In this document: positions 54,486 to 64,000 of the stretch, in pieces
Numbering within the stretch: the first letter of the stretch is position 1
Layout of the letters: each line of letters opens with the position of its first letter
Source of the DNA: Microcystaceae cyanobacterium
GTDB lineage: Bacteria; Cyanobacteriota; Cyanobacteriia; Cyanobacteriales; Microcystaceae
Direction of reading: 5' to 3'
Assembly (NCBI GenBank): GCA_041746575.1
Contig: JBGTGT010000046.1
Span: 32,363 to 96,362, forward strand
DNA: 64,000 nt
Position numbers and translations under genes: made by a program
The notes under the pieces: generated by a model
What the model saw: only the letters and a program-made list of their open reading frames with translations
Told to the model about the DNA's origin: nothing
Database searches by the model: none

Positions 54486-54649
54486 ACGTGAGTTCGACGA
54501 GGGCAATTATCTCAATCCTTTTGTCCATTCTCATTGGGATTAGGAAAAGAAAAACAAATTCTTGATTGGGGGACTAGCCCCCCAAACCCCCTGCACAAAA
54601 AAAATTAAATAAAGGAGACTCGTAGATTTTCTGATGGTCGAACTCACGT
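54486..54649 (+). mobile_element. MITE copy 1 (164 bp)
   Basis: Terminal inverted repeats ACGTGAGTTCGAC / GTCGAACTCACGT; flanks TCATCA / TCATTA (6-bp TSD, one mismatch). Confidence 0.88.
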
Positions 54650-54673
54650 TCATTAAGTTGCAAAACACTGTAA

Positions 54674-55840
54674 TTATTGAGTTGTTAACTGTGCTAAAAT
54701 TTCATCTTTTCCGATTGTAATCCATTGGGCAAAGTGACGAGATAAAGGAGGGGTAAAAATAAGGGGACTACCCAAGCCCGAAAATAGATAAAGCCCTTGA
54801 AAATTAGGGACTTTTCCGATAAAAGAAACCTTGGGATCGCTGAAAGCCGCAATACAATGATGAATGGTTCCTTTGACCGCTTTAAGTGCAGGAAGAAGAT
54901 GGCTTATTTTTTGACGAATTCGCTGCTCTTCGACGGGAAGATTCGGCACATAATCAGGATTGGTAATAATCTGACTAATTTGTCCTAAACACAAACTACC
55001 ATCCTTAAAAGGAATCGCTCCTACATCAAAATTATCTCCTAAAATATGATCATTAATCGTATTCCATTGTTCTTTATTTTCGAGTTTAATCGTGTCTTCT
55101 TGTAATTGAAATCGTTCTTGGTAGGCGGGCATAATTGCCCCATTTAATCGCAAATCAAGCGGCAGCGTTTTAATGACCATCGTATGACTAAAATAAAGAG
55201 AAAGGTCTAAATCTAATAATTGGAATAATCCTCGACTCCATCCTCCGGCACAAATGACTGTATTTTCCGCAAAATAAGAATTTTGCTGGGTTTTAACTCC
55301 GATGATGCCCTCTTTATCCTTAATAAAGTCATTGACGGTTTCAAAAATGAGTGTTCCCCCTAATCTTTCCGCCGCTTGTTGATACCCTTCCGTGACTTTT
55401 TGGGGATTAATATGACCATAAGGAAATCGTAAAGAACCGGCGATCGCATTGGGATTGAGCAAGGGTTCTTTTTCACAGGTTTGTTGGCGATCTAAAAAAT
55501 CAGGTTGGAGATCGAAAGCGTGATAACTTTGAGCAATTAATAACGGATCTTGATGCGCATCAATGGTTAATAAAAGATCGAATTCTTCAAAGTCAATCTC
55601 ATAGTCTAAGTTGGTCGCTAAATGGAGATAGATTTCTCTTCCTTCGCGACACAGTTGTTCACTTATCCTATCGCTATTCGACCAATAAGCTAACCCCCCA
55701 TAGCTTAATTGCGTTGCCGTAGTGACCTGCTTTCCTTTATCTAAGATTAAAACATGATGACCTTGTTGGCTCAATTCATAACCGAGGGCAGAGCCTAAAA
55801 TTCCTCCCCCCACCACAATCCAATCGTAATTTTTTTGCAT
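54674..55840 (-). CDS. FAD-dependent oxidoreductase (DAO family)
   Basis: VVGGGILG Rossmann motif, SYGGLAYW, VICAGGW. Confidence 0.9.
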   Translation of the reverse strand: MQKNYDWIVVGGGILGSALGYELSQQGHHVLILDKGKQVTTATQLSYGGLAYWSNSDRISEQLCREGREIYLHLATNLDYEIDFEEFDLLLTIDAHQDPLLIAQSYHAFDLQPDFLDRQQTCEKEPLLNPNAIAGSLRFPYGHINPQKVTEGYQQAAERLGGTLIFETVNDFIKDKEGIIGVKTQQNSYFAENTVICAGGWSRGLFQLLDLDLSLYFSHTMVIKTLPLDLRLNGAIMPAYQERFQLQEDTIKLENKEQWNTINDHILGDNFDVGAIPFKDGSLCLGQISQIITNPDYVPNLPVEEQRIRQKISHLLPALKAVKGTIHHCIAAFSDPKVSFIGKVPNFQGLYLFSGLGSPLIFTPPLSRHFAQWITIGKDEILAQLTTQ

Positions 55841-56183
55841 TTTTCTTAACCTTTAATTTTGCCGAAGCCAAGATATAAAAATAGGCAACTTGATAGGGCA
55901 TAGCCAAGATGAGCATCCTAATATCATAGGCGGATTTAGGGATATTTTTCTGAGAAAAAGTATTATATTTTCTATCTAAAATATTTCAGATTTGCTCAAT
56001 TTCAAGCCCTAAAACCCTCCCACAGCTAGTCTTTAACGTCTAGCTTCCGTCTTTTAGGATGAATTTCCCCAATCGGGGACAAAGTTTGCTATTCTTTACA
56101 CTCAGAACCCTATGGGTGAATTTATGAAATGTTGTTTAAAATTATCATTTAAGGTGAGGAGTAGAAGGAGACCCCTTTAAATT

Positions 56184-57245
56184 ATGTTAAATCAACTCAG
56201 TTCGACTCGATCCCATCTTGATCCCATTCGCATAGGCGTCGTTGGGGTCGGTAATATGGGACAACATCATACCCGTGTTCTTAGTCTCCTAAAAGACGTG
56301 GAATTTGTCGGGGTAGCTGATGTTAATGTAGAAAGAGGCCTAGATATCGCCAGTAAGTATCGGGTTCGCTATTTTGAGAACTATCAAGACTTACTGCCCC
56401 ATGTCGAAGCGGTGTGTATTGCTGTTCCCACCCGTTTACACCATCAAGTTGGCATCGAATGTTTACAACAGGGAATTCATACGCTCATTGAAAAACCCAT
56501 TGCCGCCAGTATTACCGAAGCGGAATCTTTAGTCAACGCCGCAGCAGAGTCTAATTGTATCTTGCAAGTGGGACATATCGAACGCTTTAACCCAGCATTC
56601 CAAGAATTGGCGAAAGTGCTTAAAACAGAGGAAATTCTGGCATTGGAAGCCCATCGTATGAGTCCTTATTCAGATCGCGCTAATGATGTCTCTGTGGTGT
56701 TAGATTTGATGATCCATGACATTGATCTTCTTTTAGAATTGGTACAGTCTTCGGTTGTCAGATTAACCGCTAGTGGTAGTCGGGCATCGGATTCAGGATA
56801 TTTAGATTATGTAACGGCAACATTGGGCTTTGCTAATGGCGTAGTCGCTACTTTAACGGCTTCTAAGGTCACTCATCGCAAAATTCGACGGATTGCAGTT
56901 CATTGTCGTAAGTCTTTAACGGAGGCGGATTTTCTCAATAACGAAATATTGATCAATCGTCAAACTACAGCAAATTATAGTACCGACCATGGTCAAGTGT
57001 TGTATCGTCAAGATGGTTTGATTGAGAAAGTTTACACCAGCAATATTGAACCGCTCAACGCAGAATTAGAGCATTTTGTTCATTGTGTCAGAGGGGGAGA
57101 TCAACCCTCAGTTGGCGGGATTCAAGCCTTAAAAGCGTTACGATTAGCCAGTTTAGTTGAACAATTAGCCCTTGATGGCAATGTTTGGAAAAAGGATAAT
57201 TGGCATGAGACGTTATTAAGTATTCCTGAAATTTCCGTTTTATAA
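56184..57245 (+). CDS. Gfo/Idh/MocA family oxidoreductase
   Basis: GVVGVGNMG, EKPIA, GHIERFNP, DLMIHD. Confidence 0.93.
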   Translation: MLNQLSSTRSHLDPIRIGVVGVGNMGQHHTRVLSLLKDVEFVGVADVNVERGLDIASKYRVRYFENYQDLLPHVEAVCIAVPTRLHHQVGIECLQQGIHTLIEKPIAASITEAESLVNAAAESNCILQVGHIERFNPAFQELAKVLKTEEILALEAHRMSPYSDRANDVSVVLDLMIHDIDLLLELVQSSVVRLTASGSRASDSGYLDYVTATLGFANGVVATLTASKVTHRKIRRIAVHCRKSLTEADFLNNEILINRQTTANYSTDHGQVLYRQDGLIEKVYTSNIEPLNAELEHFVHCVRGGDQPSVGGIQALKALRLASLVEQLALDGNVWKKDNWHETLLSIPEISVL

Positions 57246-57280
57246 TTCTAGCAACTATAGACATCTACCTGTGGCAAAAG

Positions 57281-57314
57281 AGAGGCGTTATTCACAGCAT
57301 AGCGTCTTTTTTTT
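57281..57314 (+). terminator. Terminator-like hairpin after Gfo/Idh/MocA gene
   Basis: AGAGGCGTTAT..ATAGCGTCT followed by a T-run. Confidence 0.5.
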
Positions 57315-57376
57315 GGAACGAGATAAAAGCTTTATTCTTGCTATCATACATTTAACTGTTACAACGGGTTACCCTC

Positions 57377-58060
57377 ATGACAACCCTGAACTTTGCCACA
57401 GAAATGATCTGTCCGCCGACTGATCTCTGGAGTGATGAACCCCCTTTGGAAAGCGATTTACATTTACAACAAATTATTCTTTTATTGACTTGTTTAGATG
57501 GGTTATGGCAAGAGAGAACCAATTATTATGCTTCGGGTAATTTGACTATTCATTATAATGAAGAACAGTTAAAAAAGAGAGATTTTTGTGGGCCTGATTT
57601 TTTTGTGGTTTTAGATACAGAAAGACGTCCTCGTAAGAGTTGGGTTGTTTGGGGAGAAGGGGGAAAGTATCCTAACGTAATTGTCGAAATTCTCTCAGAT
57701 TCTACGGCAAATATTGATAAAACCCGCAAAAAAGATTTATATCAAAATACGTTCCGTACTCCCGATTATTTTTGGTTTGATCCTAACACTTTAGAATTTC
57801 AGGGATTTGTCCTAATTAAGGGGCAATATCAGGCAATTATCCCCAATGAACAAGGCCATCTATGGAGTGAACAATTAAGGTTATATTTAGGAATATTAGA
57901 CGGTAAGTTACGTTATTTCACAACTGAAGGAGATTTAGTCCCCACGCCTCAAGAATTCGCTTTGCAGGAACGATCAGCAAAAGAAACAGCACAGCAACGT
58001 ACCGCCATTTTAGCTCGAAAACTGCGAGAATTGGGCATTAATCCTGATGAAATTGCCTAA
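57377..58060 (+). CDS. Uma2 family putative endonuclease
   Basis: SDEPPLESDLH, GPDFFVV, PNVIVEILS, LRELGINPD. Confidence 0.93.
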   Translation: MTTLNFATEMICPPTDLWSDEPPLESDLHLQQIILLLTCLDGLWQERTNYYASGNLTIHYNEEQLKKRDFCGPDFFVVLDTERRPRKSWVVWGEGGKYPNVIVEILSDSTANIDKTRKKDLYQNTFRTPDYFWFDPNTLEFQGFVLIKGQYQAIIPNEQGHLWSEQLRLYLGILDGKLRYFTTEGDLVPTPQEFALQERSAKETAQQRTAILARKLRELGINPDEIA

Positions 58061-58162
58061 ATGAATGGGGTACTTAGCTCAAAAATCTTAAAATCAGGGA
58101 AAAGATTAGGGGAAAAATCGGGAATCTTAACTAAAAGGTTCTAGATGGAGCAAGAAGAAAAA

Positions 58163-58879
58163 ATGATTGGAAAAACAACCCATCGTTTGACGACCGTTTT
58201 AGCTGGATTATCCGCAATCGCTACTATTCTTGGTTTGAATACAACGACTAACGCTCTCAGCCTTAATTTTAAAGGAAGGCTAGCCATCGATTTTAGCAGT
58301 GACCCCCTTTTAGGGAGTATGATGGGTCAAAAAACCTTAGACATTAATGATGTCATTACCCTTCCCTTCACCGAAGCAGACATCTTAGCCAGTTTAGCCG
58401 ATGGTGATAGCACGATTCCATTTTCTTTTCTCTTAGAACGCTTCTTTCCCCAAGAAATTATCCCTCAGGTTTTAAGACTTGATAAAATTGAGATTAGCCA
58501 CTTTTCGGGTACAGGCTCAGTTTCATCCGCAAAAGGTTTCTTGACGAATTTTGATTTTGTCTATGGTGAAGTCTTTGAGCAACCCGTCATTGAACTCACG
58601 AATTTCACTAAAAATTTAGCGCAATGTGTTTTTATTCAGTGTCAATATGCGATCGCAACCCATAACCCTGCTTTGTTAAGTGCATCCTTTGAAGCAACCT
58701 TGCTGACACCTTTAATTTCTTCTGCTCCCTCTCTTGCTAGTACAACCCTAACGGTGAGCAATGCGCCCGTATCCGCTTCCTTTGCTACGCAAGCTGTCCC
58801 TGAATCGTTGAATGGTCTAATTTTCCCCTTTGTTTTCGCAGGAATAGCTTTTTTAAACTCAGTTCGACTCAAAAGATAA
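58163..58879 (+). CDS. PEP-CTERM-like surface protein
   Basis: Signal peptide (..TTNA); Ser/Thr/Ala-rich linker; VPESLNGLIFPFVFAGIAFLNSVRLKR. Confidence 0.8.
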   Translation: MIGKTTHRLTTVLAGLSAIATILGLNTTTNALSLNFKGRLAIDFSSDPLLGSMMGQKTLDINDVITLPFTEADILASLADGDSTIPFSFLLERFFPQEIIPQVLRLDKIEISHFSGTGSVSSAKGFLTNFDFVYGEVFEQPVIELTNFTKNLAQCVFIQCQYAIATHNPALLSASFEATLLTPLISSAPSLASTTLTVSNAPVSASFATQAVPESLNGLIFPFVFAGIAFLNSVRLKR

Positions 58880-58944
58880 GTCGCTAGAAAAGGGGGGGGT
58901 GAATTTTCTGGCTTAAAAATAACCGTCAAAGAAGTGCTTAAAAA

Positions 58945-59106
58945 ACGTGAGTTCGACCTTCAAAAAATCTACGAGCCTTCTTTATTTAATTTTTTTGTGC
59001 AGGGGGTTTGGGGGGCTAGTCCCCCAATCAAGAATTTGTTTTTCTTTCCTAATCCCAATTAGAATAGACAAAAGGATTAAGATAATTGCCCTCGCCGAAC
59101 TCACGT
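58945..59106 (-). mobile_element. MITE copy 2 (162 bp, inverted relative to copy 1)
   Basis: Reverse-complement match to 54486-54649; TIRs ACGTGAGTTCG / CGAACTCACGT; perfect TSD TAAAAA / TAAAAA. Confidence 0.88.
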
Positions 59107-59258
59107 TAAAAAGTGCGATGTGTTCTCGATCTAATGCCTAAAATCACCCAATTTTTATCTATCTTAAGACATAAATAAATCTATTTCTTTGGTTTGATGT
59201 GAATAGGTCACGTCCTTCAAATATAGTAAGGGGTAATCGTTTCGATAACTAAAAAGCA

Positions 59259-59834
59259 ATGAAAAAGTTAATCCTCTCCACCGCACTGGGTGTTTTTTTA
59301 CTTCCTTCCCCAGCTAGCGCAGCCAAACTCTTTGAAGCAACGGTGAACAGCGCACAGCAAGTTCCCCCTAACAGTTCTACTGCCACAGGAACCGCAAATT
59401 TAACCCTCAATGACGCAAAAGACCGACTAGAAATCAGTATTCAGCTTTTTGGCGTGGATTTAGGCGGTCAAACCCCTTCTACAGATGATGACGTTGTCTC
59501 ACTCCATTTTCATCGCGCACCAGCAGGAAATAACGGTCCCGTTGTTTTTGGTTTAATTAGTCCCAATAATGATCTTAATGGAGATTTAGTCATTGATCCT
59601 GTCGCCGGAACTGCTTTCAGTGCTTGGGATCTCAATGAAGGAAACGGCACAACCTTAGCCGCTGAATTGGATAGCCTCTTCAGTGGGAATTTGTACCTGA
59701 ATGTTCATACGACTGCCTTTCCGAATGGAGAAATCCGTGGACAAGTCCAAGCTACACCCGAATCTTCTGCTGTATTTGGTTTACTCGCCTTATCTCTCGT
59801 CGGACTTCAACGACGCTTTCGCTTTCGCCGTTAA
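59259..59834 (+). CDS. CHRD-domain PEP-CTERM protein
   Basis: QVPP.SS.ATG, HFHRAPAGNNGPVV, LYLNVHTTAFPNGEIRGQ; TPESS, TM segment, RRFRFRR. Confidence 0.92.
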   Translation: MKKLILSTALGVFLLPSPASAAKLFEATVNSAQQVPPNSSTATGTANLTLNDAKDRLEISIQLFGVDLGGQTPSTDDDVVSLHFHRAPAGNNGPVVFGLISPNNDLNGDLVIDPVAGTAFSAWDLNEGNGTTLAAELDSLFSGNLYLNVHTTAFPNGEIRGQVQATPESSAVFGLLALSLVGLQRRFRFRR

Positions 59835-60006
59835 TCTCATTTTTTGTGTAGTCCCCCTATATCATTTTTTGTTTAGATGGGGTTAACGCACACCCGCCTA
59901 GAAAGAGAAAATCCCTGCTTGCTTTCTCTTGATGTTGCACCTATTTTATTTGTTTATCTAAAAAAACTTTGCACTCACATAGATAAAATTGAAGTTTAAA
60001 CTCTCC

Positions 60007-60108
60007 CTACAATTGAGCAAGATGTTCCCTATATTTAGCCCGTAAACGCCGAGAAGTAATATTATTCACCCGTTTCGACCGTTCCCCAGAAGGATGAGTT
60101 TCAAAACA
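60007..60108 (-). mobile_element. IS200/IS605 TnpA internal fragment
   Basis: Minus-strand FETHPSGERSKRVNNITSRRLRAKYREHLAQ resembles the TnpA segment ..HP...SKLVNNLK..SRRLR..F.EHL; no start codon. Confidence 0.5.
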
Positions 60109-60183
60109 TTAAGTAAATAGTGAAGAAATACCTTTTAGCTCCGGTTTTTTTATCACTTAAAACAATAGATAAATTTAATAAAA

Positions 60184-61497
60184 TTACGTCAAACGGTGAT
60201 AAACGGTTACTAATCCTTGATCATCGCCTACATTGCCGGGAAAAAGGACAACTGGCAAATTAGGAAACTGAGGATGATTCGATGGCGTTCGCACTAAGGA
60301 AACTCCTGGTAGAATTTGACCGAGCAAACGAGCGGATTTCAACTTTAATCCGGTACTTAAGACATCATTTGAGGTAATTCCCCCTTTACTGATTAAAAAT
60401 CCAATATCGGGAGGGAGGTTCTGCACGACATCCATGAGTAAAGAGGACACCTGAACCCCAAAGTCAAGGCGTTCTTGGACAGTATCGAAGGTTAACTCTT
60501 GGCGACTGGTGTAAATAACGGGGTTTTGTTGCTTTTGGTAAGCTTCTTGAATTTTTTTGAGGGTTTCTTGCAAAATGCTTCCCCTTTCTGTTGGATGATT
60601 GCGTAAACGGGTGACCTCAATTTCGATGCCTGTCACGGTTGCTTCTTGTAATAATTGTTGTAACTGACGGGTTGATTTCTGCACATGAGATCCCACCAAA
60701 ATGACGCCGGGGTTATCCGTTGGTTTAGATTGTGCCATGGCAGTTGGAGAGATAGGTTGTGTGTCTAATTGCGCCAGAGACGTTAGAATACTGGCCGCAC
60801 TGCGAAATAAAAAACGTTTTCCTGCTGCTGTTGCGGTTAAGATATCTTTGGCGAACTGATCTAAGTCGGTTTGTCTTTCTCCATCCACAACTCCACATTG
60901 ATTATTTGATAGTTTTTTTAACCGTTCTAGACTTCCTTGGCGCAAATCTGTTAGTAAAAAGCGTTCTACCTCGGTTGATTTGATTTTTCCTTGGGTTTTC
61001 TCTTCGACATAATCGGGAAGATAGCTGGAATGGTAGCCAAATACCGAATCTTGGGCAAATTCTGTTTGATGCACGGGTGTTTCGATACCATCAATCATTA
61101 GATAATGAATACTTTCTTTTGTCACTCTCCCTCCTTCAAAAAAAGCAGGAATCAAAAAATGAGCATCGAAATTACCCAACTCTTGAGCAATTACATCGGT
61201 TTCTATCGGATAATGACCTCTTAAGGTGGAATCCGACCGACTAACGACCAAAAAATCTTTAATTCCTTCTAACGCGATCGCCGCTTTCAGATTCTGACAG
61301 ACTTCACGAGTCACTTTCGCGGCTTGATCAGGTGTTAAAGCTCTGGTATTCGTTAAAATAAAGAAAATTGGCGCATTATCTTGTAATCCCAAGCGCAGAG
61401 TGTCAATATCCCACTGCATTAATAATAAACAACTATGAACGGTTTGAGAACCGGTGGGATCGTCGTCCAGTACAATGATTTTTGGTTGACTATTCAT
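60184..61497 (-). CDS. Four-carbon acid sugar kinase family protein (DUF1537)
   Basis: VLDDDPTGSQ, SRSDSTLRGH, KGGITS, FPGNVG. Confidence 0.92.
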   Translation of the reverse strand: MNSQPKIIVLDDDPTGSQTVHSCLLLMQWDIDTLRLGLQDNAPIFFILTNTRALTPDQAAKVTREVCQNLKAAIALEGIKDFLVVSRSDSTLRGHYPIETDVIAQELGNFDAHFLIPAFFEGGRVTKESIHYLMIDGIETPVHQTEFAQDSVFGYHSSYLPDYVEEKTQGKIKSTEVERFLLTDLRQGSLERLKKLSNNQCGVVDGERQTDLDQFAKDILTATAAGKRFLFRSAASILTSLAQLDTQPISPTAMAQSKPTDNPGVILVGSHVQKSTRQLQQLLQEATVTGIEIEVTRLRNHPTERGSILQETLKKIQEAYQKQQNPVIYTSRQELTFDTVQERLDFGVQVSSLLMDVVQNLPPDIGFLISKGGITSNDVLSTGLKLKSARLLGQILPGVSLVRTPSNHPQFPNLPVVLFPGNVGDDQGLVTVYHRLT

Positions 61498-61735
61498 GAA
61501 AAAGGTAGAAACATTAGGAATTAAACCTATTTTAACGCTAAGGAGTCGGACACAATAAAATTAACCGTTAAGAGAAGAGATTCAGATCATCGGTATTTAG
61601 GCAATACAATTTTTACAATTCTTAACTTAAACGACATATTATTAATTGAAACCAATGATCAAAAATATCTGGGGTTTCTTTGAGTAGGAGAAAAAAAACA
61701 ATTTTAGGATTTTTCCGAAAAGTGTTGCGACAGAA

Positions 61736-63817
61736 GTGGAGACATTAATGTACTTAATTGATACGTTTATGAAACTTGCCATTACTTCAGAACTTATGTC
61801 TGATTCCTTGCAAAATAGCCAAGGGAATCTTCACCATCGTCGCAAAGATGATGCTTATGAAAACAATAACACCTTCAAAACAGCCTACAATTTAACCCAC
61901 AAAGAAAATACTGATCTGAGTGATATTAAAGGACTCGGTAAAGCATTGGATGATGATTTTTATAAAATTCGCGTGACTCCAGGAGCATTAAGAGTCGTCG
62001 TTGATCTTGCATTTGATCACGAACAGGGAAATCTCGATTTATTTCTATTTGATGAACGGGGAAATTTAGTATCTTCATCCGCTTCAACGACAGATAATGA
62101 ACGAATTGATGTCACGGTTGATCAAGCAGGAATTTATTTTGTTAAAGTTATCCCTGTCGACGATTTAGCGAAAGGAAATACCTACGATTTAAGATGGGAT
62201 GATCTTGTTCCAGAAACAGCATTCCGCACCCTTGATGGCCACGCTAATAATCTCAGTAATCCTAATTGGGGCGCAACAGAAAGTCAGCTTTTACGCTTAA
62301 CAGATCCTGCTTACGAAGATGATATTTCTGACCCTAGAGGCGGTTTGAATAGTACTCTTTCGAGCGCAAGAGAAATTAGTAATGCGGTTGCCGCACAGGA
62401 CCACTCTTTAGTTAATTCTCGTCATCTTTCTGACTTGTTTTGGCAGTGGGGGCAATTCGTTGATCACGATCTGGATTTGACAGAATCTGCTCATCCGCTT
62501 GAGGCATTTAATATCAAAGTCCCGACGGGAGATCCTTATTTCGATCCCTTTGGTAGTGGCACAAAAACGATTAATCTGAGCCGTTCTATTTATAATCAGA
62601 CAACGGGAACAGATGCTAATACTCCTCGCCAACAAATTAATGAAATTACGGCCTATCTTGATGGCTCAATGGTCTATGGTTCAAATGAAGCGACGGCGAC
62701 TGCTTTACGAACCCATGATGGTACAGGTAAACTTTTAACGACGATAGGTAAAAACGGCGAAGTTTTATTACCATTTGCCTCAGATGGCACATCTTTTCTC
62801 GCTGGGGATATTCGGGTTAATGAACAACTTGGGTTAATTTCTATGCACACCCTTTTTGTGCGAGAACATAACCGTCTTGCTGAAAAAATTGGGATGATCT
62901 TAAATCAAGACAGCACAATACTAAATATAAATAATCCACAAAAAGTCCTTCAATTTTATCAAGAATCAGGCTTAGAAAAAGCAGATTTTATCTATGAATC
63001 TGCGAGGCGTATTGTAGGAGCAGAAATTCAGAAAATTACTTATCAAGAATTCTTGCCTTTACTAATCGGAAAACAAGCTATTGATCGCTATACAGGTTAC
63101 GATGAAACAGTGAATTCCGGAATTAGCAATGAATTTTCTACCGCTGCTTTTCGAGTCGGTCACACTATGCTTTCTCCTCAATTATTACGAATTGAAGCAG
63201 ATGGTGCTGTGGAAGAAATTGCCCTACGAAACGCATTTTTTAACCCCGGTGAGGTTGTCAATGACGGCGTAGATACTTTACTAAGAGGATTGGGATCTCA
63301 AGCGGCGCAAGAAATTGATAATTTTATCATTGATGACGTGCGAAATTTTCTATTTGGCCCACCGGGAGCAGGGGGATTTGATTTAGTCTCTTTGAATATT
63401 CAACGAGGACGAGATCATGGTTTAGCGGACATCAACACCGTGCGGACTCAATTGGGTTTATCGGCTTATCATAACTTCGATGAATTAACCGGAGGAAATG
63501 CGATTTTAGCAGAACAGTTTGCCTCCGTTTATGATTCTGTAGATGAGGTCGATTTGTGGATAGGAGGACTGGCAGAAAAACACGCCACTCGGGCAGTTGT
63601 CGGCTCAACATTCCAAGCGATTATTGCCGATCAATTTACTCGTTTAAGAGATGGCGATCGCTTTTTCTATCAAAATGATCCCTATCTTAAAGTCTTTCAT
63701 GGCGTCGTGGATCAGTCCGTTACCCTTGCGGATATTATCAAAGCAAATTCAACCGTTACCGATATTCAAAGCAATGCTTTTCTGGTTGCCGATGTGACGA
63801 ATGTAGCCACCATTTAA
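61736..63817 (+). CDS. Heme peroxidase (peroxidase-cyclooxygenase superfamily) with N-terminal PPC-like domain
   Basis: FRTLDG..NN, WGQFVDHDLD, DGSMVYG, GDIRVNEQ, REHNR, AFRVGH, NIQRGRDHG, RDGDRFFY; start may be 61769 or 61796. Confidence 0.93.
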   Translation: METLMYLIDTFMKLAITSELMSDSLQNSQGNLHHRRKDDAYENNNTFKTAYNLTHKENTDLSDIKGLGKALDDDFYKIRVTPGALRVVVDLAFDHEQGNLDLFLFDERGNLVSSSASTTDNERIDVTVDQAGIYFVKVIPVDDLAKGNTYDLRWDDLVPETAFRTLDGHANNLSNPNWGATESQLLRLTDPAYEDDISDPRGGLNSTLSSAREISNAVAAQDHSLVNSRHLSDLFWQWGQFVDHDLDLTESAHPLEAFNIKVPTGDPYFDPFGSGTKTINLSRSIYNQTTGTDANTPRQQINEITAYLDGSMVYGSNEATATALRTHDGTGKLLTTIGKNGEVLLPFASDGTSFLAGDIRVNEQLGLISMHTLFVREHNRLAEKIGMILNQDSTILNINNPQKVLQFYQESGLEKADFIYESARRIVGAEIQKITYQEFLPLLIGKQAIDRYTGYDETVNSGISNEFSTAAFRVGHTMLSPQLLRIEADGAVEEIALRNAFFNPGEVVNDGVDTLLRGLGSQAAQEIDNFIIDDVRNFLFGPPGAGGFDLVSLNIQRGRDHGLADINTVRTQLGLSAYHNFDELTGGNAILAEQFASVYDSVDEVDLWIGGLAEKHATRAVVGSTFQAIIADQFTRLRDGDRFFYQNDPYLKVFHGVVDQSVTLADIIKANSTVTDIQSNAFLVADVTNVATI

Positions 63818-63860
63818 CTCACATCTTTATTGAGGGGTAAAGGGAAAAAACGTAAAGTTA

Positions 63861-64000
63861 ACGTGAGTTCGACGAGGGCAATTATCTCAATTTTTTTGTC
63901 CATCCTCGTTGGGATTAGGAAAAGAAAAACAAATTCTTGATTGGGGGACTAGCCCCCCAAGCCCCCCAGCGGGGGACGGAGTGCCTCCCCCGCACCCCCT
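63861..64000 (+). mobile_element. MITE copy 3 (runs off window edge; internal variant)
   Basis: First ~100 bp nearly identical to copy 1 from the TIR to the GGGGGACTAGCCCCCC hairpin, then diverges into extra G/C-rich sequence. Confidence 0.8.

Noticed and set aside
58947..59141. 64-aa ORF
   Set aside because: Lies almost entirely within MITE copy 2 and has no transposase motifs

Overview
Chromosomal window from a unicellular cyanobacterium, Synechocystis/Chroococcales-like: PsbV is very close to the Synechocystis type and the HIP1 octamer GCGATCGC is frequent. Most genes are core or conserved: psaE, psaM (missed by the ORF track), psbV, mutM, queC, leuB, tldD, tsaB, smpB, panD, rdgB, lepB, pgm and tRNA-Pro(CGG). 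Accessory content includes a ~13 kb HIP1-free surface-glycan cluster, four PEP-CTERM proteins (two are tandem paralogs with a domain I do not recognise), a bidomain sucrose-phosphate synthase, an orphan JAB/MPN protease and a PPC-fused heme peroxidase. There are also three copies of a ~163 bp MITE with 6-bp target duplications, IS200/IS605 relics, three pseudogenes and a candidate RpaB-regulated sRNA. I found no CRISPR array, prophage or intact transposase. I cannot demonstrate a new system from sequence alone. The best leads are the glycan cluster (possibly serving the PEP-CTERM proteins), the PEP-CTERM pair beside an EF-hand gene, the candidate sRNA, the MITE family and the peroxidase.
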